Below are positions 17,269-24,728 of a stretch of DNA of 64,000 bases, in pieces. The stretch's first letter is position 1, and every line of letters starts with the position of its first letter. Under the pieces are notes generated by a model. The model worked only from the letters and a program-made list of their open reading frames with translations, was not told the DNA's origin and made no database searches. A program made the position numbers and the translations under genes. The DNA is from Escherichia phage vB_EcoS_FFH_1, in sequence record KJ190157; one strand, given 5' to 3'.

Positions 17269-17973
17269 ATGGCTGGTTCTCGCAGAAAGAAACATATCCA
17301 TGAAATCCCGGATGAAGTCTTTAAAAAAGTTATAGAGCATCTGGAGAACGGTGGTACTAAGAAAGCAGCATGTGAAATGCTTGGCGTATCATCCAACCCA
17401 ACTATGGAAAGGATGATAGAAGAGTGGCAAGATCGCCAAATTCAAGTTGCCGAGATGAAGAAAAAGAAACGTGGCACACTCATTGAAGGCATTGAGTTGG
17501 CCAACGTTATTGAACAGTATCTATCTGGCGATTCTTTTGAAGAGATTGCCGATCGTAATTACCGCTCTGTAGCAATGGTTAAATCTGTTCTGGAACGCTA
17601 TGGTGCTCTGCTTCGTTTGAACGATATTGTAGATCCATTGAATCCACCAATTATTCCTGATGATGCTGTAGCAGAAGAATTTGAGGTAGGTGAGCTTGTT
17701 TGGGTTCCTGGATACCAGTGTATCGGTGAAATCAAAAAAGCAATGGATACCCCTGTTGGTTGTTACCGTGTATGGCTTCTATCAGAAGGCAAACAACAGA
17801 ACGTTCATTATATGAATTATGAGTTGGCTTCTGTTAAACATCTGGAAAAGCTAGGGGTTGATGTAAAATCTCTAGGGTATAAGTGGACTCGTGAAGAAGT
17901 TATTACGTTGATTAACGAAGCTGTTAAGGCTGCCTTGAAACTTGATAAAGAAAAAGGAAAACGCCGTGAGTAG
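17269..17973 (+). CDS. helix-turn-helix protein, putative early regulator
   Basis: Downstream of near-PN25 promoter and GAGAGGAG SD; HTH-like segment TKKAACEMLGVS near N-terminus. Confidence 0.55.
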   Translation: MAGSRRKKHIHEIPDEVFKKVIEHLENGGTKKAACEMLGVSSNPTMERMIEEWQDRQIQVAEMKKKKRGTLIEGIELANVIEQYLSGDSFEEIADRNYRSVAMVKSVLERYGALLRLNDIVDPLNPPIIPDDAVAEEFEVGELVWVPGYQCIGEIKKAMDTPVGCYRVWLLSEGKQQNVHYMNYELASVKHLEKLGVDVKSLGYKWTREEVITLINEAVKAALKLDKEKGKRRE

Positions 17974-18217
17974 ACTAACTGATTTACTTAAAGATGGGGA
18001 AATAAAAACACTATATCGTAGAAGCTGGGATAACGATAATAACGGCTTAGTGTTACTAACTTTAGATGCTGACTCGGATGTAGCTACTCAGCATACCTGG
18101 GTAGCCGGTAACTATCCATATAGCGAGGTTGTTTCATTAACAGTATGCGAAGCTATTGCAGATGATTGGGAGGTTGCCAGCATCGAGGATATGCTCGCTG
18201 TTGGCCTGGTGGAGTAA
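17942..18217 (+). CDS. hypothetical protein (~83-91 aa)
   Basis: ORF; alternative GTG start at 17966 overlapping upstream stop. Confidence 0.35.
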   Translation: MIKKKENAVSRLTDLLKDGEIKTLYRRSWDNDNNGLVLLTLDADSDVATQHTWVAGNYPYSEVVSLTVCEAIADDWEVASIEDMLAVGLVE

Positions 18218-18234
18218 CTACTTAAAAATTTCAG

Positions 18235-18263
18235 TTGCTTAATCCTACAATTCTTGATATAAT
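18235..18263 (+). promoter_or_regulatory. early promoter TTGCTT-N17-TATAAT with TG extended -10
   Basis: -35 18235-18240, -10 18258-18263. Confidence 0.6.
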
Positions 18264-18320
18264 ATTCTCATAGTTTGAAAGAACTATTCTGTTTAATTCT
18301 TAATTAAGGAAATATAAAAT

Positions 18321-18731
18321 ATGACTACTCCAACTCAGTGGACTGATGAACTGTTCGAAAAAATGTCTTCCGAATACGTTGCTCGTATGGAGCAATTCCC
18401 AGAGGATGAACGTCCGGGTGTTAGCATGGAAATTGTTAGCGAAATTGCCCAGGAAAACGGTGTAACTCCGAACGGTTTTCGTATGAAGCTGACTAAAGCA
18501 GGTTTGTATATTAAGAAAGCTGCTGGTTCTACTTCTAAATCTAGCGCATCTACTGGAGAAAAAGCTTCTGGTGGTTCTCGTACCTCCAAAGCTCAAGCCC
18601 ATGCCGACCTTCGCGCAGCATTCTCTGACGCTGGCTTAGCACCAGATTTTCTGGATGATGCAATTATCGACAAACTGACCGGTAAAGCGGCTGCTCATCT
18701 GGCAGAAGCAATCCGAGCTATCACTAAGTAA
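18321..18731 (+). CDS. hypothetical protein (136 aa), probably highly expressed
   Basis: TTGCTT-N17-TATAAT promoter with TG extension upstream; E. coli-optimal codon bias; Ser/Ala/Gly-rich linker. Confidence 0.55.
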   Translation: MTTPTQWTDELFEKMSSEYVARMEQFPEDERPGVSMEIVSEIAQENGVTPNGFRMKLTKAGLYIKKAAGSTSKSSASTGEKASGGSRTSKAQAHADLRAAFSDAGLAPDFLDDAIIDKLTGKAAAHLAEAIRAITK

Positions 18732-18767
18732 TTTTTAGATAAATCCACCAACAAAAGGAACACAGTT

Positions 18768-19064
18768 ATGACCAAAGCTGAAATTATCGCACAATGTGAA
18801 AAATTTGGTGAGTTTTATCTTCATTACGAGAAACTTCGTCAGAAAGGAACCACGTACCTTCAGGGTACGATGGAATTTGATCCAGCCCAAGATAAATATC
18901 TGGCTGAGCGTATTAAACGTGAACGTATTCGTAAAGCGAAAGATGATGAGATCCTTGTCTTCTCTCGTACTAATGATAGCTTCCGTTTTATTCCTGTTGA
19001 GAAAGTCCGTCGTGTGACTAGCCTCCAATCAGAGTTAGATCGTGCTTCTCCAGTAGGCCGATAA
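18768..19064 (+). CDS. hypothetical protein (98 aa)
   Basis: ORF with AAAGGAA SD followed by intrinsic terminator; overlapping alternative-frame ORFs judged spurious. Confidence 0.5.
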   Translation: MTKAEIIAQCEKFGEFYLHYEKLRQKGTTYLQGTMEFDPAQDKYLAERIKRERIRKAKDDEILVFSRTNDSFRFIPVEKVRRVTSLQSELDRASPVGR

Positions 19065-19074
19065 GAAACCAATT

Positions 19075-19096
19075 AGCCCCTATATGGGGCTTTTTG
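19075..19096 (+). terminator. intrinsic terminator
   Basis: AGCCCC-TATAT-GGGGCT hairpin followed by TTTTTGTG. Confidence 0.6.
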
Positions 19097-19114
19097 TGTA
19101 TTTGGGATATGTAA

Positions 19115-19423
19115 ATGAGCGAACAGGTAAATCAAAACTATGAAGGACACGTTGATGACCAGTCCATCATACTTTGGGAGAAGGAGGGGGAACAAGTAAG
19201 ATTAACAGTATCGGAATTTCGTGGGAATCTATACATGGGTATTCGTTACTGGCTTCTTGATATTAATGATGAATGGTTTCCAACGAAATCTGGCTTCTCT
19301 TTTCCTTACACCCTAGAAACAACATCACAGCTTTTCTACGCGTTTACACAGATTCTTAGTGAATCTGAGGTTTTACATGAGGTACAGAAACGAGCTGAAG
19401 AACTCAAAGCCAAGAATGCCTAG
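19115..19423 (+). CDS. hypothetical protein (102 aa)
   Basis: ORF whose stop lies within an intrinsic terminator hairpin. Confidence 0.5.
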   Translation: MSEQVNQNYEGHVDDQSIILWEKEGEQVRLTVSEFRGNLYMGIRYWLLDINDEWFPTKSGFSFPYTLETTSQLFYAFTQILSESEVLHEVQKRAEELKAKNA

Positions 19424-19440
19424 TTCTTGGCTTTTTCTTT
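19408..19440 (+). terminator. intrinsic terminator overlapping stop codon of 19115..19423
   Basis: AGCCAAGAA / TTCTTGGCT 9-bp stem followed by TTTTCTTT. Confidence 0.6.
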
Positions 19441-19450
19441 ATAAATGTAT

Positions 19451-19479
19451 TTGCTTTCAACTCAGTTTTGTTATATAAT
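19451..19479 (+). promoter_or_regulatory. early promoter TTGCTT-N17-TATAAT + ATTTATATAAATTGATGAGAG box (ligase A)
   Basis: -35 19451-19456, -10 19474-19479. Confidence 0.6.
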
Positions 19480-19510
19480 ATTTATATAAATTGATGAGAG
19501 ATACAAATAA

Positions 19511-20482
19511 ATGACTAATGTAAAAAACTTTATTAAACGTTGCCAAGAAGCGTACTACCAGGGAATGTCTTTAATCTCTGACGAAGAATATGATCGTCTG
19601 ATTAAAAGATTTCCGTTAGAAGAAGAGATCGGTCCTAAGGGCGATATTCCACATCTGTATCGTATGTATTCTTTACAGAAAGTTTATTATAATCGTGGAG
19701 ATAAACCTCCGTTTAACCCATTAGGTCAGGTAGAAACTGATAAGTTAGATGGTTGTGCGATTTCTCTGCTATATATTAATGGCGAATTTGTTCAAGCACT
19801 AACTCGTGGTAATGGTATTCTAGGGAATGATGTCACAAGCAACGTAAGATTGCTGAACATTCCTAAAAAGATTTCCCAAAAAGTACCTACTCAAATCACT
19901 GGTGAAGTTCTAATTACAAAAGAAGTAGAAAATAAACGTAACTTTGCCTCTGGTGCTATTAACCTCAAAGATAGTGATGATTTCGTACAACGTATCGGGG
20001 AAGGTGGTTTAATCTTTGTTGCATATGGTATCCAGTGTTCTGCTGAATCTGTAGGTATTACAGAAGCATATTTAAAAGATATGCTTTGGCTAGAGAATGA
20101 GAACTTCTTAACAGTTGTTAATGTACGTTCCTTCTTTAAATGGATTCCGACGGACGGTAAAGTTGTTCGTATTAATGACAACAACAAATTCTTCCGCGAA
20201 GGCTGGACTAATAAATTCCCTCGCGGGGCGTTCGCTATTAAAGAGGATGAAGAAGGCGAGATTACAACTCTTACTAAAGTTGAATGGCAGGTAGGGGCTT
20301 CTGGTAAAGTAACTCCAGTTGGTTATTTCGAACCGGTAATTATTGATGATGCTACAATTGTTAAAGCGACTCTTAATAACGTTGATTATATTAACTCTCT
20401 CTATCTAGAGATCGGTTGCCAGATTCGAGTGATTCGTGCTGGTGGTGTAATCCCGTGTATAGTAGAGCGAGTATACGATTAA
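19511..20482 (+). CDS. lig: NAD-dependent DNA ligase, adenylation-domain subunit (N-terminal half of a split LigA)
   Basis: KxDG adenylation motif TDKLDGCA; 323 aa ending before Zn-finger/HhH/BRCT region; PN25-like promoter upstream. Confidence 0.8.
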   Translation: MTNVKNFIKRCQEAYYQGMSLISDEEYDRLIKRFPLEEEIGPKGDIPHLYRMYSLQKVYYNRGDKPPFNPLGQVETDKLDGCAISLLYINGEFVQALTRGNGILGNDVTSNVRLLNIPKKISQKVPTQITGEVLITKEVENKRNFASGAINLKDSDDFVQRIGEGGLIFVAYGIQCSAESVGITEAYLKDMLWLENENFLTVVNVRSFFKWIPTDGKVVRINDNNKFFREGWTNKFPRGAFAIKEDEEGEITTLTKVEWQVGASGKVTPVGYFEPVIIDDATIVKATLNNVDYINSLYLEIGCQIRVIRAGGVIPCIVERVYD

Positions 20483-20532
20483 TACATAACCCTTTGCTAC
20501 CCATCTACCATATCGGAATTATAAAGTGGTTA

Positions 20533-20561
20533 TTGACATTTTCGCCGCTTAGGTATATACT
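20533..20561 (+). promoter_or_regulatory. sigma70-type promoter TTGACA-N17-TATATA in inter-ligase spacer
   Basis: -35 20533-20538, -10 20556-20561. Confidence 0.45.
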
Positions 20562-20625
20562 ATTATCATTCAGTTGAGGGATAGAAAGTTATGGCGAGGG
20601 TAAGCAAAGTTAGTTAAAATTGTAG

Positions 20626-20654
20626 TTGCTAAATGCTTAAATACTTGCTATAAT
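20626..20654 (+). promoter_or_regulatory. early promoter TTGCTA-N17-TATAAT + ATTTATATAAATTGATAAGGAAG box (ligase B)
   Basis: -35 20626-20631, -10 20649-20654. Confidence 0.6.
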
Positions 20655-20684
20655 ATTTATATAAATTGATAAGGAAGAAATTTG

Positions 20685-21464
20685 ATGAAAATCGAAATTC
20701 CAACACAATGTCCCTCTTGTGGTTCTAAGCTAGATCTTGTCAACGGACAATTATTCTGTCGTAATAAGTCCAACTGTCCAGCGCAATCAAGCAAGTTAAT
20801 TGAGAACTTCTGTTCAAAAATGAAGTTAAAGGGCTTTGGCCCAAAAACTATTGAGAAGCTGGAGCTGACGAAGATTTCAGAACTATTTTACCTAACCGAA
20901 GAAGATTTGGTTAGAGTCGTGGGTAGCAAGGTTGCCGCTAAGTTAATTAGCGAATTAAATACTAAAGTTCGCGGAGACATTGACTTTGGTTCAGTTCTCG
21001 GTTCTTTAGGAATCCCTCTAATTGGAGAGGTTGCAGCAAAGAAATTATCCCAAAATTGCACTAGCTTCCACGATGTGAAGGCTGACGGCAAGGCTGGAGA
21101 AAATTACAAAGCCTGGCTAAATTCCCCACAAGGCAAGGATGTTATTGAACTACCGTGGAAATTTTCAACTGGTATTAAGGGCACTAAAGCTGACGTCATC
21201 ATTACAGATGAATTAGTTGCCCAGCCAAATGGAATCGCGGTATGTATTACCGGATCTTTGCAAGATTTTGCAAATCGAACGGATGCAACAAACTATTTAG
21301 AAGGTCTAGGGTATACGGTTAAGAAATCCGTTACTAAAGACGTCAAATACCTAATCTGTGAGGATGAATCAAAACGTTCTTCCTCATCTTATAAGAAAGC
21401 CGAAACGAATGGGATAGAAATCCTGTCGATTAAAGAACTATTGGAGAAAAATAATAATGTCTAA
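20685..21464 (+). CDS. lig: NAD-dependent DNA ligase, C-terminal subunit (Zn finger, HhH, BRCT-like)
   Basis: Four-Cys finger CPSCGSKL...CRNKSNCP, helix-hairpin-helix-like GFGPKTIEKL, BRCT-like C-terminus; own promoters in the 200-bp spacer. Confidence 0.75.
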   Translation: MKIEIPTQCPSCGSKLDLVNGQLFCRNKSNCPAQSSKLIENFCSKMKLKGFGPKTIEKLELTKISELFYLTEEDLVRVVGSKVAAKLISELNTKVRGDIDFGSVLGSLGIPLIGEVAAKKLSQNCTSFHDVKADGKAGENYKAWLNSPQGKDVIELPWKFSTGIKGTKADVIITDELVAQPNGIAVCITGSLQDFANRTDATNYLEGLGYTVKKSVTKDVKYLICEDESKRSSSSYKKAETNGIEILSIKELLEKNNNV

Positions 21465-22224
21465 ACTGAACTGGAACGTAGAAGGTGTAACCGAGTCTCT
21501 GAAAGCAAAAGCCACTGCTCTGGGTGTTGCTGTAATCTCTCAAGAACAAGTAGCTGCTATCGCTGCTGAACTGGCTGCTGAAACTGGTAAAGACGTTACA
21601 GCTCGCTCTGTTGGCTCTAAACTGCGTAAAGAAGGTTTTGAAGTACAGAAAGCTAACGAAGTACAGAAATCCCCGTGGACTCCTGAGCAGGAAGCTGAAC
21701 TGGTTGATTTCCTGAACGCTCATGCTGGTCAGTATACCTATGCTGAAATCGCTGCTGCTGTAGCTGGTGGTCAGTTCGGTGCTAAACAGGTACAGGGTAA
21801 GATCCTGAGTCTGGAAATGACCGCTTCTGTTAAACCAACTGAAAAAGCTGCTGCTGTTCGTTCCTTCACTCCTGATGAAGAAACTGATTTTGTTAATCAG
21901 GTTGTTGCTGGTGCTACTATTGAAGCTATCGCTGCTCACTTCGGTCGTAATATCAAGCAGATCCGTGGTAAAGCTCTGAGCCTGCTTCGTGAAGGTCGTA
22001 TCGCTGCTATGCCGGTACAGGAAACCTCAAGTGCTAAAACTCGTGAAGATCTGTTAGAAGGTCTGGATCTGGCTAACATGACTGTTGCTGAGATCGCTGA
22101 GAAAACTGGTAAATCTGAGCGCGGTGTTAAATCTATGCTGTCTCGTCGTGGTCTGGTTGCTAAGGACTATGATGGTGCTGCTAAGCGTGCTAAACTGGAT
22201 GCAAAAGCTGCGGCTGCTGAATAA
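21457..22224 (+). CDS. abundant repeat-containing HTH-like protein, putative DNA-binding protein
   Basis: Four ~60-aa internal repeats each ending in an HTH-like segment (e.g. TVAEIAEKTGKSERGVKSMLSRRGL); extreme codon bias; followed by strong terminator. Confidence 0.55.
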   Translation: MSKLNWNVEGVTESLKAKATALGVAVISQEQVAAIAAELAAETGKDVTARSVGSKLRKEGFEVQKANEVQKSPWTPEQEAELVDFLNAHAGQYTYAEIAAAVAGGQFGAKQVQGKILSLEMTASVKPTEKAAAVRSFTPDEETDFVNQVVAGATIEAIAAHFGRNIKQIRGKALSLLREGRIAAMPVQETSSAKTREDLLEGLDLANMTVAEIAEKTGKSERGVKSMLSRRGLVAKDYDGAAKRAKLDAKAAAAE

Positions 22225-22241
22225 TCTGGTAAATTAAACCT

Positions 22242-22276
22242 AAGGGGAGGGGGCTATGCTCCTTCCCCTTTTTGCA
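22242..22276 (+). terminator. intrinsic terminator after the HTH-repeat protein gene
   Basis: AAGGGGAGG ... CCTTCCCCTT hairpin followed by TTTTGC. Confidence 0.65.
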
Positions 22277-22306
22277 TTTAGAAGGCACGAAAGCGTGCAA
22301 AGGAGA

Positions 22307-23779
22307 ATGACCTTGTTTAACGTGCAAGCTGTAGTGTTGAAGATGCTTCTAGCTTCCGAACAGAAGCAGATAGCATTGGAAACATTCTCAAAACTGCATA
22401 AAGATCATTTTAATGACGCTTTCTCCTCAATTTACCAAGCCGTCCAGAATTATTATAAAAAATATAACACAATGCCGTCCATTGACGCACTGATGCTTGA
22501 GGCTAATAGGAACGCCCGCCTTTCTCAAGCTCTAGTCGTTTTAGCTAACACTCAAATTCCAGAAGTTAGCATGGAACAGGCACTTGAAGTCCTAGAGGCC
22601 GAGTATACACAGGATTTATTCCTGAAGCTTCTAGAAACAGACGTGCTTCAAGATTTAACAATGCTGGATCAGGGAGAAATTCTTAACCGAGTTGCCTCCC
22701 TTCACTTAAAATTAGAAGAGAAAGTAACGAATACTGGAAAAGTATTCAACGCAGATAACATGCGTATTTTCCAGAGAGAAGAAGATACCAAACTGAACTT
22801 AATCGCTCTTGGTATTTGTAATGAGTTCGACGCTCAAATTGGTTTAGCTCGCACAGAAACGTTACTGCTTGGTGGTTGGCGTGGTACTGGTAAATCCATT
22901 ATCTGTTCAAACATACAGGTTCAGCAATATTTGAATGGAGATATTGCTCCATACTTCTCAATTGAGATGAAAGAACATGAAGTATTTAGACGTAATCTAG
23001 CCATGTTAGCTGGTGTATCCGCACTAGCAATGCGTAATAATACTCTAGAAGGTGCAGCTCTGTTGAGATTAGCCAGAACTAGAGCTAGGATGTTTAACGG
23101 TGGTGAAGAGCTTTTCGATAACTTCGTTAAACAGTACACAATGGCTAAGATGAGTGATTTCTACGATATGGAGAGTAAGCTAATAGAAGGATATGAGCTA
23201 CATACTCCTATGATTATTGTTTATGATCCTGAGCTGTCTATTACAACAGTTGACGTAGAATTAAATAAATTAGTTGCTAGATATGGAGATAAAGTTACAG
23301 TAGCTTTACTGGACTATATTAACCAAACCCGACTTCCAGACTCTAAAACCATTGATATGTATGACTGGAAAGAACAGATGGTTGTTAGCTCGTCTTTCAA
23401 ATCTATCTGCCAGAAACATAACGTGGCTGGTGTAGCTCCTTACCAGATCGATCAAGATGGTAGAACACGTATGTCAAAGGGGATTCTTGATTCCGCAGAC
23501 ATGGCTGCTAATCTTAATGCTGCAAAAGCTGATAATGGTCAAGGTGCTATTATGTTTGACTTCGTTAAGACTCGTTCTTCTGATAGCGTGAAGTTTATGC
23601 CTAAGATGAACTGGGAAACTCTGCGAATGGATAATACAACTAACCTAGCAATGGAAGATATATCTCAAATGGAAGCTGAGTTCGTTATCCCTATTGAGAA
23701 GGATAAGCCGGCTCAACCTAAACGTGCTAAGAAAGACAAAACTGAAAATTCAACAGGTGAACAGGCCAGCGATATATGA
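22307..23779 (+). CDS. DnaB-like replicative DNA helicase
   Basis: Walker A GGWRGTGKS, LLDYINQ (H2-like) and downstream H3/H4-like blocks; start at ATG 22307 with AAAGGAG SD (the upstream ATG at 22256 sits in a terminator loop). Confidence 0.7.
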   Translation: MTLFNVQAVVLKMLLASEQKQIALETFSKLHKDHFNDAFSSIYQAVQNYYKKYNTMPSIDALMLEANRNARLSQALVVLANTQIPEVSMEQALEVLEAEYTQDLFLKLLETDVLQDLTMLDQGEILNRVASLHLKLEEKVTNTGKVFNADNMRIFQREEDTKLNLIALGICNEFDAQIGLARTETLLLGGWRGTGKSIICSNIQVQQYLNGDIAPYFSIEMKEHEVFRRNLAMLAGVSALAMRNNTLEGAALLRLARTRARMFNGGEELFDNFVKQYTMAKMSDFYDMESKLIEGYELHTPMIIVYDPELSITTVDVELNKLVARYGDKVTVALLDYINQTRLPDSKTIDMYDWKEQMVVSSSFKSICQKHNVAGVAPYQIDQDGRTRMSKGILDSADMAANLNAAKADNGQGAIMFDFVKTRSSDSVKFMPKMNWETLRMDNTTNLAMEDISQMEAEFVIPIEKDKPAQPKRAKKDKTENSTGEQASDI

Positions 23780-24666
23780 GTAGAATAACAGAACTACTTG
23801 ATCTGAAAGGCATTGAATATAAAGACACAGGTGGGGACATCCTCATCTGTTGTCTCAATCCAGATCATGACGATAAACACCCAAGTTTGCGTATTGATCC
23901 TGAAACAGGTATTATGCACTGCTTGAGTTGTGGCTTCGGTAAAGGTATACCGAGCATTTACCATTATTTTAATGAGACTCAGTACCGACAGTCTCCAAGA
24001 CTATCACAGGTACGTAAAAAGATTTCAGAGATTAGGAATGGATCAACGAATCTTGCAATTCCTGAATCTGCTTACCTTTTCGAAGGTGATTTCCGAGGTA
24101 TAAGTTCTAAGACCTTGAAGAAATATTTTGCTTTCCAACACCAAGCAGACTGGGAAGGCAGAATTGTATTCCCAATCACAGATGCTGTTGGACGCAATAT
24201 CCTATTTTTGGGTCGTTCTATAAACAGTTCTGCCCCTCCTAAATACTTAGTAAAACCAAAACAAGTTTCACCGCCAATTTTTCCTGTACGATATAATACT
24301 CCAGTTCTTATTCTAGTTGAAGGCATCTTTGATATGCTGAACCTAGAGGATAATGGTATAGACTATGCTTCTTGCTGCTTTGGTACACATCAGTTTACTT
24401 CGGATAACATTGCAGATAAGTTCAGTCCTTATATTATTGCTGGGGTAAAAGTTGTTGTTATCTTACTAGATAATGATGCTTCTGGTAATAAAGCTGCACA
24501 AGCATTGGCTAAGCTAATTCGTACAAAAACGCGTTTAACACCTGTAGTTGCTAACTTCCTCCTGCCTGAAGGCAAAGATCCAGGTGATTTAAACAAAGAT
24601 GAAATTGATATGTTAGCAAAACGTATTGAAATTTTAGTTGCTGAATCGCTTAAAGATTTGGTATAA
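23776..24666 (+). CDS. DNA primase (DnaG-like, zinc-binding + Toprim)
   Basis: Zn motif CCLNPDHDDKHP...HCLSCG and Toprim motifs EGIFDMLNL / LLDNDASGNKAA; ATGA overlap with helicase. Confidence 0.8.
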   Translation: MSRITELLDLKGIEYKDTGGDILICCLNPDHDDKHPSLRIDPETGIMHCLSCGFGKGIPSIYHYFNETQYRQSPRLSQVRKKISEIRNGSTNLAIPESAYLFEGDFRGISSKTLKKYFAFQHQADWEGRIVFPITDAVGRNILFLGRSINSSAPPKYLVKPKQVSPPIFPVRYNTPVLILVEGIFDMLNLEDNGIDYASCCFGTHQFTSDNIADKFSPYIIAGVKVVVILLDNDASGNKAAQALAKLIRTKTRLTPVVANFLLPEGKDPGDLNKDEIDMLAKRIEILVAESLKDLV

Positions 24667-24728
24667 TATATTGGTAAGTTAGAGAAGAAACACTGAAGTT
24701 ATACTTACTTACCAAGAGGAGATTAAAT

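Noticed and set aside
21430-21939. 169-aa minus-strand ORF antisense to the codon-optimised HTH-repeat gene.
   Set aside because: Ser/Phe-rich low-complexity translation; arises because the biased sense codons leave the antisense frame open.
22256-22306. ORF-track start of the helicase at 22256.
   Set aside because: That ATG sits in the loop of the upstream terminator hairpin with no SD; the in-frame ATG at 22307 has an AAAGGAG SD.
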